32,000 nucleotides of DNA from an uncultured archaeon (GTDB taxonomy: Archaea; Asgardarchaeota; Thorarchaeia; Thorarchaeales; Thorarchaeaceae), in contig CAZYLT010000020.1 of assembly GCA_964648855.1 (NCBI GenBank), positions 1 to 32,000 of the forward strand, written 5' to 3'. Made by a program: the position numbers and the translations under genes. This document shows positions 19,482 through 27,934 of this stretch, one piece after another. The notes under the pieces were generated by a model that was not told the DNA's origin, made no database searches, and saw nothing but the letters and a program-made list of their open reading frames with translations. Each line of letters starts with the position of its first letter. Positions within the stretch are counted from its first letter, which is position 1.

Positions 19482-19745
19482 TCACTCCTCTGCGTTTTTC
19501 AGTTCTTCAAGTTGAAGTCGTAGTTCGTCAATCTCTTCAAGTAGTCCGATTATAGAGGCAACAAGAATCACTTCTGTGGTGCGGGGTGTGACCATCATGG
19601 TTCCTGCATCTGCGCAGGCTCTTGCATAGTCAAACATCCGTTGTAGTTGTTCTCTCTGTGAACCTCTCAACGTACGTGAGAATGATTTCCAACGACTTTC
19701 TTCCTTATCTACTGCATCCCGAAAGGTTCTGGCAGTTCTTCCCAT
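19482..19745 (-). CDS. Small helical PolB2-associated protein (arCOG07300-like)
   Basis: MGRTARTFR...W..F.R.L pattern; 87 aa from ATG 19745; 3 nt upstream of polB2. Confidence 0.75.
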   Translation of the reverse strand: MGRTARTFRDAVDKEESRWKSFSRTLRGSQREQLQRMFDYARACADAGTMMVTPRTTEVILVASIIGLLEEIDELRLQLEELKNAEE

Positions 19746-19931
19746 GGTCAACTCATCCGGTATCTTACGTAGGTTGCGTATCGACGTGGAAGAAGTACGG
19801 CATCTCAATAGTTGTTACATTTCTTCCTCCTAGCCTTCTGTTTGGCAGAACGACAAGGTCAGAGGGACTTGACTGAAAGTAAAATCGAATGGGGTTGATT
19901 GCTTTGAAGCTTATAAGCCAATATTGCGAGA

Positions 19932-20681
19932 TTGTGTCTGGTAGGGATAATTTTGAAAAAACACATCCAGATTCTTGCTGTTCTCTCCCTGATATCCATA
20001 ATTGGCCTAGGTGCAGAAATCTTGTTTTTTCCCAGTATTGGAAGGCAATTCGAGTATACCAAAGATACTGCCTACACCCAGTTGACAATGATCGAAGACA
20101 CAAATGGGAGTCTCTCCTCCTTCTATTCCCATTATATTGAGGTTCACGACGACGGTGAATTCAATATTACTCTCCCAGCTTGGACCGACGCTGTGAATAT
20201 TTCCCTCAATAGTACGGCGTATGAAGTTTCGGCTGAAATCATGGTACAAACTGACTTCTTGGGTGTTCGTGAAAGTCTTCTTAATCTTACATGGGGTGCG
20301 AATCTAAACATGATTCATGAAAACGGGAGTGCTACATACGAATTACCGCTACGTAGATATCTGCTGAGTGCAGGCATTGCATATTCGACGAAGCAGTCTG
20401 CAATCCTTAAACTGGACACTACATCTATAGAAAAGTACAATCTTTCATGGGTGGGAATTTCTTTCGAGTCCATGTTTCACGCAGACTGTAATTCTAGTTA
20501 TATGATTCACTATGGAATACTTCTTGATGTCTATGTTACTTATAAGCGGGCTTTCGCACACGATATTTCATTTTTCACTCTCATCTCTCTAGGGGTGGGG
20601 ATTTTTTCAGCGGGAATGCTTGTGGCTGAGGTGCTTCACCTGAACCCTGATGATCAGCTCGAAACCACCTATTACCATTAG
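19932..20681 (+). CDS. Hypothetical membrane protein with N- and C-terminal TM helices and an extracellular domain
   Basis: 249-aa ORF with hydrophobic ends and several N-x-S/T sequons (NGS, NIT, NIS, NST, NLT, NLS); start uncertain. Confidence 0.65.
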   Translation: MCLVGIILKKHIQILAVLSLISIIGLGAEILFFPSIGRQFEYTKDTAYTQLTMIEDTNGSLSSFYSHYIEVHDDGEFNITLPAWTDAVNISLNSTAYEVSAEIMVQTDFLGVRESLLNLTWGANLNMIHENGSATYELPLRRYLLSAGIAYSTKQSAILKLDTTSIEKYNLSWVGISFESMFHADCNSSYMIHYGILLDVYVTYKRAFAHDISFFTLISLGVGIFSAGMLVAEVLHLNPDDQLETTYYH

Positions 20682-20759
20682 TAGGTAATCACCGTGTGCT
20701 CCAAGGATTACCTCTTTTTTCGCACTAATCTGTGGAGTGATATCCACTATCATTTCTTT

Positions 20760-21044
20760 TCAGAATTTATTGTCATGCTTTCTGAGTTCTTCTTGGCGGA
20801 TGTGTACTTTGCCAGCATGCACTGCACAACTCACGCAATAATATGAGGTCATACGTTTCCTCTGAATATAGGCGCCCTGTTGCTGTAATTCTCTTGCCAT
20901 CTGTGGGTCGACCAAAGAGCTGTATTTGGTGTATTTCTTTGCCTTATCTGCGGGGACCAAACGACCACATCTGGAACATTGGACACTCCCCTTTTTACCC
21001 GCGCCACCCTTTGAGCGACCACCGGACTTTCTCTTTTTCGTCAA
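20760..21044 (-). CDS. rps26e: Ribosomal protein S26e (eS26)
   Basis: MTKKRKSGGRSK...VQCSRCGRLVPADKA...YCVSCAVH. Confidence 0.95.
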   Translation of the reverse strand: MTKKRKSGGRSKGGAGKKGSVQCSRCGRLVPADKAKKYTKYSSLVDPQMARELQQQGAYIQRKRMTSYYCVSCAVHAGKVHIRQEELRKHDNKF

Positions 21045-21174
21045 TAGGTTCTATCCTCTCTGCATTTCAAAGAATGCCGCAGAATGCGGAAGTCAAATGC
21101 TTAAATCATTGTGGTTTTGTTCACGGTTCTTCTTTTGTTAGTAGTGGGTGAATTCCTTTGCTCACTTGAGAAGT

Positions 21175-21873
21175 CTAGTTGAACTGCTTGCTAATGTTTT
21201 CAGCAACGGTCTCCTGTGGTAGGACCTCCCGTGATATAGTCTGCAGGGTTTCGTCTTGGAAGATTCCGTTTCGTACCAGCTCTTCCCCTGCCTTCATTGT
21301 GGCTTGAATGACGTCCGTTAGGTCCATCCCCTTCTTCATCAGCATGGGTAGTGCCCAAGCATAGGGTCGCACTACTGCTCCGATATAATCTCGCTGCATA
21401 TTCTTGGCCATGGCTTTCACATGGGCTATCAAGGGATCAAAATTGTCCAGTTCTGCGAACCCGCATACTGAAACAAGGACGATTTTTCCATTGGGGATTG
21501 GATGCCTTTGTGGATGCCTACAATGCCCGTCGATTATCTCAACTTTTCCGCTCATCAAGGGGATGAATCGGTCTAGCATTGTCTTCATGCTACCTGTCAT
21601 GCCATCAACATAAATTGGCGTTCCCAAAACGATGGTCTCGGTATCCTTTACTCGGTTATATAGTGGCCTCATATCATCATCATGAATACACTCACCCGGG
21701 GTGCTTGTCCAGCAGGTGAAGCAACCGGTACAGGGCTCGATATCCAGCTTGTGCACATATATGATATCTACCTCTCCGCCGGCATTCTCCGCTCCCTCCA
21801 AGAAGTACTTCATAAACCCGGCAGTGGCTCCTCGTTCCATATTCGGGCTTCCGTTGAATGCTAGAATCTTCAT
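21175..21873 (-). CDS. Iron-sulfur flavoprotein / NADPH-dependent FMN reductase (flavodoxin-like)
   Basis: FNGSP, PCTGCFTCW....GEC...DDM, LGTPIY, MKTMLDR. Confidence 0.88.
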   Translation of the reverse strand: MKILAFNGSPNMERGATAGFMKYFLEGAENAGGEVDIIYVHKLDIEPCTGCFTCWTSTPGECIHDDDMRPLYNRVKDTETIVLGTPIYVDGMTGSMKTMLDRFIPLMSGKVEIIDGHCRHPQRHPIPNGKIVLVSVCGFAELDNFDPLIAHVKAMAKNMQRDYIGAVVRPYAWALPMLMKKGMDLTDVIQATMKAGEELVRNGIFQDETLQTISREVLPQETVAENISKQFN

Positions 21874-21941
21874 GTATTACCCATGAGAGGCCCAACTCAT
21901 CAAGTTTCCGCCCTAATTAGATAGAGGAGAACTGACGAAGA

Positions 21942-21952
21942 ACTTTAATAAC
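21942..21952 (+). promoter_or_regulatory. TATA-like box upstream of the Rab-like GTPase gene
   Basis: ACTTTAATAA preceded by purine-rich GAAGA; a near-identical AACTTTAATAAA lies at ~24447-24458, upstream of ORF 24534. Confidence 0.45.
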
Positions 21953-22005
21953 TGTGAACAACCCCCAACTTGCTAAGCGCTGCCAATTCATAGGTGGAAA
22001 TACAA

Positions 22006-22572
22006 ATGGTAACAGCCCTGTTCAAGGTGGTACTCATGGGTGATGGAAGTGTTGGAAAGACCAGTCTCCGTCGTTGCTACATGGGTGAAGGATTCAAGGC
22101 TCAGTATATGATCACCATCGGAGCGGATTTTGCAGTCAAGAAGATGCAGTTGGAAGGCGGACATGACGTGAGCATTCAGATTTGGGACTTGGCAGGTCAG
22201 GAGCACTTCAAGAGCGTTAGGTCAACCTTCTACAAGGGGACACAGGGTGCGCTTGCGGTGTATTCCACAGTTGAGAGGCAATCATACGAGAACATCAAGA
22301 AATGGTTGGACGAGTGCTGGACCAATGCCGGGAAGAAGATTCCCATAGTTCTGATTGGCAACAAGATTGACCTTAGACAACAATTCGAGAACAACCCCGC
22401 CATGAAGCAGACCATTGTCACCACTGAAGAGGGACAGCGGCTGGCTGATGATATAGCATCAAACGGCGTGCATACGTCATTCATTGAAACGTCTGCTAAA
22501 ACTGGTGAAAATGTTGAAGCAGCCTTTCTAGAGCTTGCAATAAAGATTCTTGAGGCTGGAGGCTTGGCCTAG
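22006..22572 (+). CDS. Rab-like small GTPase (Ras superfamily)
   Basis: G1 GDGSVGKTS, TIGADF, WDLAGQE, FYKG, NKID, ETSAK. ATG 22006 follows an AGGTGG SD. Confidence 0.92.
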   Translation: MVTALFKVVLMGDGSVGKTSLRRCYMGEGFKAQYMITIGADFAVKKMQLEGGHDVSIQIWDLAGQEHFKSVRSTFYKGTQGALAVYSTVERQSYENIKKWLDECWTNAGKKIPIVLIGNKIDLRQQFENNPAMKQTIVTTEEGQRLADDIASNGVHTSFIETSAKTGENVEAAFLELAIKILEAGGLA

Positions 22573-22663
22573 TCAAGCTTTCAACTTGTTTCTGTCTGTC
22601 TTCATAATGTTTTTAGATGCCCCCAAATCAGTCAATAATAGCATTGATTCTGCGGTGACTTGG

Positions 22664-23791
22664 ATGGACGATAATCAACTCTCATTGTTCCTACAAAGAA
22701 AAACATTGAAACCTGAGGCTGAACATGGTGGCGAGATTACCAGACGATTCTCAATGAACAAAGTTGGCAGGATGTTTGCTGCTGCCATGCAAGATAGAAC
22801 CATCCGCCTCTATGATGCCAAAACCTGCCAAGAGATGCAACGTGTACAGGATGAACATCTAACGACCTCCATTGATTTCAGTCCCCGCGGAGACATTGTT
22901 GCAACAGGAAGCGTAGGTCGCCTAGTCAAACTGTGGGATATCAAATCTGGGAAATTGATGGGCACTCTGGAAGGGCATGAATATCCTGTTCTCTCCCTCT
23001 CATTCTCACCTGATGGTGATAAGTTGGTCTCGGGGAGTGGCGACACTACACTACGAATTTGGGATGTTGATAACCTTCGCTTTATTCGAGAATTGAAAGG
23101 ACACACACTCTATGTTGTCAGTTGTGATTGGGACCCAATACACGACCGGATTGTATCATCATCAATCGATTCAACCATCCGCGAATGGAATGCATCCACT
23201 GGCGAGTTGCTTGCCGAGCATGACGACCATCGAACTGCTGTTCATCAGGTCCTATTTAACAGGGAAGGCTCACTTATGGCATCTGCCTCCTCCGATCACA
23301 GCATAATCCTGTGGAATACGGAAGGCAAACTTGACTCTCAAGAGACCCTCGTGGGACATAATGAGGAAGTTCGTGCCATCTCCTTCAGCAACAATGGAAA
23401 ATATCTGGTTTCAGGGTCTAGTGACAAAGAACTATACGTCTGGTCAATAGAGGATTATGGCATCAAAGGTCAAGCGAGAACTACGGGGGAAATTGATGGC
23501 TTAGAGTGGTATCCAAATGAGCTTGCATTCATAAGTTCTGACGGTACTGGTGCAATCATCCGCTGGGATGTCCGCGAACTGGAAGCTATGCTGAGCCCGT
23601 TTCAGAATCTTCTTGATGAAATCAAGGCAAATGATGATGAGAGCAAGAAGCAGGAATTCATTGAACGGTTCAACGAGATACAGGCTCAATATGATGAAGA
23701 GGCATTACGCGACAAACGGCTGTTCTATATCATGTGGCAATGCAAGCGAGAACTCGGCTTACTAAAAGGGAAGGTTCGAAAAAGAAGATAA
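22664..23791 (+). CDS. WD40-repeat beta-propeller protein with a C-terminal helical/basic tail
   Basis: About seven GH...WD-type repeats (VKLWD, LRIWD, IREWN, IILWN, LYVWS, IIRWD). Start probably ATG 22664. Confidence 0.92.
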   Translation: MDDNQLSLFLQRKTLKPEAEHGGEITRRFSMNKVGRMFAAAMQDRTIRLYDAKTCQEMQRVQDEHLTTSIDFSPRGDIVATGSVGRLVKLWDIKSGKLMGTLEGHEYPVLSLSFSPDGDKLVSGSGDTTLRIWDVDNLRFIRELKGHTLYVVSCDWDPIHDRIVSSSIDSTIREWNASTGELLAEHDDHRTAVHQVLFNREGSLMASASSDHSIILWNTEGKLDSQETLVGHNEEVRAISFSNNGKYLVSGSSDKELYVWSIEDYGIKGQARTTGEIDGLEWYPNELAFISSDGTGAIIRWDVRELEAMLSPFQNLLDEIKANDDESKKQEFIERFNEIQAQYDEEALRDKRLFYIMWQCKRELGLLKGKVRKRR

Positions 23792-23825
23792 AAACATGCG
23801 AATCTCCCCAAATGTTGCTTACCAT

Positions 23826-24359
23826 CTAGTCTGTCTTTACTGAATCTACCATCACTTCACAGAGATTTTTGTAAGCATCCTCTACGTTTTGTCCCGTAAG
23901 AGCACTGGATTCAACGTAGATATGACCGTGTTTTTCTGCCCACTCTTTTCCCTCTTGGGTTGTGACAACCCGGCTCTCTTCAAGGTCTACTTTGTTGGCC
24001 ACAACTATGAGGGGGATCTCCCGACCCAGATTCTTGAAGCATTCGTTTTTCCAATTTTGGATATTAAGAAATGTTCTTCGCCTAGTGACATCGTACACGA
24101 GCAATCCACCTCTGGCTCCTCTGTAGAAACCCTGCCTCACTACTTCAAATCTTGGCTGGCCTGCTAAATCCCATACTTGCAGTACCACATTGGCATCTCT
24201 ATCGGGCATCTCGACTCTTTTGATGGCAAAGTCAGAACCAATAGTCCGCTTGTACTCCGATTGGAAGTGCTGTTGTGTGAATTGAACAGTAAGTGCGGTT
24301 TTTCCGACAGCACCGTCGCCAAGCATGACGATCTTGAAGCGATATTCAGCTGACATCAC
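23826..24359 (-). CDS. Rab-like small GTPase (Ras superfamily)
   Basis: GDGAVGKT, TIGSDF, WDLAGQP, FYRGA, LVYDVT, NKVD, ESSAL. Confidence 0.92.
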   Translation of the reverse strand: MMSAEYRFKIVMLGDGAVGKTALTVQFTQQHFQSEYKRTIGSDFAIKRVEMPDRDANVVLQVWDLAGQPRFEVVRQGFYRGARGGLLVYDVTRRRTFLNIQNWKNECFKNLGREIPLIVVANKVDLEESRVVTTQEGKEWAEKHGHIYVESSALTGQNVEDAYKNLCEVMVDSVKTD

Positions 24360-24533
24360 AAGACACTTCCTGTTGCCTGAGGGTATAGAGAAGACCTATT
24401 AAAATATCGTATGGCAAATGGCGTTCTGAGTAAGAAATCAAGTTGAAACTTTAATAAACTCTAATGACTTTGAAATCCATACTGGACTATTGAAATAACG
24501 ACTAGTGCGGCAAGAAATGGGGGATTTCAAGAA

Positions 24534-25386
24534 ATGGCGGTTGTAGCTCCTAACTATAGTCTATTCACAGCAATTATCCTGTTTCTCATCTTCATCCTTA
24601 ATTTCAATCCATGGAATAGGAAGCTCAGAAATACCCGAAATTCGCTCTTATTGATAATCGTGACAACATCGCTAGCAATACCGCTTCAAGTCTGGTTCAA
24701 CTATGATTTGGCTGCATACAATACAGGCGACACCTATCTATTGAATCTCCACCTAAATGCTTCGCTATTGCCGGGTGAGAAATATGAAATCCACCACGTG
24801 TCAAATTGGTATGCAGAGAGGGGAGCTCTCCTGGAAATATCAAATGAATCCCAAGGCATCGTATTCTACTTAGTCGATGAGAATATGCGGGGTACACGTT
24901 TCAACGAAATTCGCGTGAACGAATCCTGGTTCCGGGTTCTCCAATCCCTATGCTTTGTTTCGATTCAAACTTCCCTATTATCGTACATCCCTGTTTCAAA
25001 TAGCCAACTGGACGGTTTGCTTCACTAATCCACTTACAAATGAAACAATACCTCTAAACGTCCGTGGAATGTGGATGGAGGACTCAGAAGATCTCGCCCG
25101 TTGGAGGGTTTATCTTCCACGTACACAACCTGTTGTTGCACTGTTATGTCTGTGGGTATTCGTTCCATTGATTCTAATGGCGACTGAAAATATCAGTACA
25201 CATCAATTGGCTCAGAATCTACGTTTATTGATTGCAGCCTTGTTTTCGGCTGTGATTCACTTGCTTCTTTCTCTTCCGTTTATCAGTAGTATCATTTTCT
25301 TCGGTTTTTACCTTGTCTTTCCATTACCAATCGTTACTCTGGTTCTATACTACATCATCAAGAAACAAGAAGATACAACCCAGTGA
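24534..25386 (+). pseudogene. Membrane protein gene apparently split by a +1 frameshift (ORFs 24534-25028 and ~24919-25386)
   Basis: Two overlapping same-strand ORFs: the first has N-terminal TM helices, the second has C-terminal TM helices. Frame 2 is open from 24919 and has only a weak TTG start. Confidence 0.5.
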
Positions 25387-25601
25387 ATTAGATTAACGAG
25401 TCGAAGAAGGATTCTTGCTAATCAAAACCACTTGGCAAGAAGGAAATTCAAATGTTTCATCAAGGATTGCCAGGTATTCAGCGATTTAGGCAGCCCTGGG
25501 GACTCGAAGAGTAGTCGTAGTCAAGACCCATTGATTACACTATCATTTAATAGGGATATGGGATTCTTTTCTAATGTTGTACGATTCTGGAGTGTAAGCG
25601 A

Positions 25602-25988
25602 ATGGAACGACCTGATTATAGCACACTTGCCTCGATCCTTGAAGAGATGAACAAGGAGGGCGAATTTACCGCTTCTGTGCTTGCTAGAGATGACGGGCTA
25701 CTCATGGCATCTGCAGCCTCTCCGAAGACAAACCGAGAGGTTGTTGCTGCAATGTCTGGGTTTGTTGCCTCAACTGTGGAGCGCATGCGCGACGAGTTGG
25801 GTCTGGGCCAACTAAGGGATATCTCTGTGCGCTGCTCAATGGGTAAGGCTGTCTTCAAGAAGATTGCATCACAAGGGGAACAAGCACTCCTTATCGCCGC
25901 TATCATGCCAAGGAGCGTACGCTATCATCTTCGACCCATTGGCAAGGCTGCAACCAAGATAAGGTATGTCCTTGGGTATTCTGACTAG
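25602..25988 (+). CDS. Roadblock/LC7 (MglB-like) domain protein
   Basis: 128 aa; SVLARDDGLLMASA...VAAMSG pattern with an alpha-beta-beta-alpha-beta-beta-beta-alpha layout. Confidence 0.85.
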   Translation: MERPDYSTLASILEEMNKEGEFTASVLARDDGLLMASAASPKTNREVVAAMSGFVASTVERMRDELGLGQLRDISVRCSMGKAVFKKIASQGEQALLIAAIMPRSVRYHLRPIGKAATKIRYVLGYSD

Positions 25989-26079
25989 CTGCCACTGCCA
26001 AAGCTCATCCTCGCAAAAGATTCAAGTGATATAGTCACACAGTAATTCTACGCTTATTTCGGTCCAGGAGTGCGCTCTA

Positions 26080-26406
26080 TTGGCAAAAGGGGACAAAAAG
26101 AACTCGGAAGATGACACCAATGCTACCGTTGAGATAGTCTTCTTCAAGTCCAATACGTGTGCTTTCTGTCCGAGAGCCGAAGAAGTGATAACGGATATGA
26201 TGGAGGATTTTGGAGAGTCCGCCCTTGAACTAACGATTATCAACGTATCTGAGAATCCAGGGGCAGCAGAAGAGTATGGAATCTTCGCTTTGCCAACCAC
26301 GATGATTGGCGGGGTATCAGTGACAGGTATTCCAGAGCCAGAAATATTGATGAAGATGATTCTCGGTTGTAAAATCTCCAGCAAGAGAGGTGTATTCAGT
26401 GAGTGA
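26080..26406 (+). CDS. Thioredoxin-fold protein with CxxC and a KaiB-like C-terminal half
   Basis: TCAFCP; INVSENPGAAEEYGIFALPT (cis-Pro loop); TTG start after an AGGAG SD; overlaps the next gene. Confidence 0.85.
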   Translation: MAKGDKKNSEDDTNATVEIVFFKSNTCAFCPRAEEVITDMMEDFGESALELTIINVSENPGAAEEYGIFALPTTMIGGVSVTGIPEPEILMKMILGCKISSKRGVFSE

Positions 26407-27145
26407 ATTCGAAATCGAACGCGTAAAGACAGGTATCACGGGACTAGATGACCTGATTCAAGGAGGATTCCCCCGTGGCGATACCATTCTGATTGCAGGG
26501 AAGGCAGGAACCGGAAAGACAATTTTCGTCAATCAGTTTCTGTATAAGGGTGTTGTGGAATATGGTGAGCCCGGCGTATTAGTCACCCTAGAAGAGCCTT
26601 CCAGAATGATCAAGAGAAACATGATGCAATTCGGAATGAACCTGGATAAAATCATCGGGGAGGAATTACTCAGCATCGTTGACCTCTCTCCCGCCAAAGA
26701 AGTCAAACGTGTTAAAATTGGCGAGTATCCTTCTTTTGACCTCTCAGGATTAGAGGCAATAATTCTCAATCATATGAATAAGATAGATGCACAACGGGTC
26801 GTCATTGATACGCTGTCCATTCTTGCATACAAGTTTAGTAGCAGAGACATCCTTCGTCAGGAGTTCTTTAAACTCGCGGCGAAACTCACAAAGGACGGTG
26901 CCACCCTCCTGTTGACAAGTGAAATCCCTGAGCATAAGGGCGGACTCGGTGTCTTTGACATTGAGGCCTTCTTGGCATCGGGAGTGGTTGTCCTCTATAA
27001 CGAAAAAATTAGTGATACATCTAGGTCCCGTAGCATTGAAATCCTAAAACTGCGTGGTACTCAACACAGCTCTCGAATACATTCGATGCGAATAACCGAT
27101 GAAGGTATTCGAGTCTACCCTGGTGAAATCAGTCCGGGACGATAA
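26399..27145 (+). CDS. Single-domain KaiC/RAD55-family ATPase (CI-like)
   Basis: TGITGLDDLIQGGFP, Walker A GKAGTGKT, VTLEE, Walker B RVVIDT, LTSE, ILKLRGT.H. GTG 26399 follows a GAGGTG SD. Confidence 0.9.
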   Translation: MSEFEIERVKTGITGLDDLIQGGFPRGDTILIAGKAGTGKTIFVNQFLYKGVVEYGEPGVLVTLEEPSRMIKRNMMQFGMNLDKIIGEELLSIVDLSPAKEVKRVKIGEYPSFDLSGLEAIILNHMNKIDAQRVVIDTLSILAYKFSSRDILRQEFFKLAAKLTKDGATLLLTSEIPEHKGGLGVFDIEAFLASGVVVLYNEKISDTSRSRSIEILKLRGTQHSSRIHSMRITDEGIRVYPGEISPGR

Positions 27146-27166
27146 TTCCCCCATGAGGCATGACCA

Positions 27167-27880
27167 ATGAATACATCCGCCCAAGGAAGCGAATCGGAAA
27201 GCCCAGCACGGGTATATCCGATGATTAGCGACTTGGTCGATTTTGGCCAACTCACTCAATTGTCTTTCATGTTGCTAGGGCCTATTGGGTCCGGAAAGAC
27301 AACTTATGCAGAAGCGTTTCTTGCAGAGGGACTCAGACTAGGATTTCCCGCAGTATTTGTTACAACGGATGTATCTCCCCGAGTCATCAGAAATGATATG
27401 AGCCGATATGGTTGGTCAATCGAAGAAGGAGAGGAAACGGGACAGTTTGTCTTCATCGATGGCTACTCCGAACGGATGGGGGCTCCAAAGGCAAAGTCCA
27501 CGCATTCACTTGCCAAGATTGATGACGTAAGCGAGCTGGGAATTGTGCTCTCTGAGGTCCTAGAAGATATGGTTGTCGCTAGGGTGGTCATCGACAGCCT
27601 CTCCACCTTAGTGCTCCACTCGGGACCAACAGCCATGCCTCGGTCGGTCCAGCGGCTAGCGGGGCGGCTGAAGCAAAATTCCCACAGTATCATGTTTGTT
27701 CTTGAGGATGGAGTTCATGACGATAAGACCTATGCAACATTTTCTTATCTTGCTGACTCGGTTCTTCGATTCAGAATTGAACATCAGGGAGATGTGTCGC
27801 GTCATCAAATTCGAATGGAACGAATGCGGGGCAGTGACGCTTCAAGAGACTGGCATGACTTCGTTATTGAGAGACCGTGA
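27167..27880 (+). CDS. Second, divergent single-domain KaiC/RAD55-family ATPase
   Basis: Walker A GPIGSGKT, FIDGYS, RVVIDSLS, FSYLADSV, ERMRG; catalytic EE replaced by TD (VTTDVS). Confidence 0.85.
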   Translation: MNTSAQGSESESPARVYPMISDLVDFGQLTQLSFMLLGPIGSGKTTYAEAFLAEGLRLGFPAVFVTTDVSPRVIRNDMSRYGWSIEEGEETGQFVFIDGYSERMGAPKAKSTHSLAKIDDVSELGIVLSEVLEDMVVARVVIDSLSTLVLHSGPTAMPRSVQRLAGRLKQNSHSIMFVLEDGVHDDKTYATFSYLADSVLRFRIEHQGDVSRHQIRMERMRGSDASRDWHDFVIERP

Positions 27881-27934
27881 AAGCTTAAAACGGAAAGATA
27901 CTGCTTCTGAGTCAACCGTCAGAGGAGAGATACA

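Noticed and set aside
19765-20140. ORFs 19765-20103(-), 19859-20062(-) and 19889-20140(+) as a third polB2 operon gene
   Set aside because: No RecA/RadA features; they overlap the more credible 19932-20681 gene.
25432-25650. 72-aa ORF upstream of the roadblock gene
   Set aside because: No motif, TTG start, overlaps the roadblock start and its likely promoter region.
26080-26406. Selenoprotein or SECIS recoding (known in Asgard archaea)
   Set aside because: Both CxxC codons are TGT; no in-frame TGA at a conserved Cys position was noticed in the redox genes.
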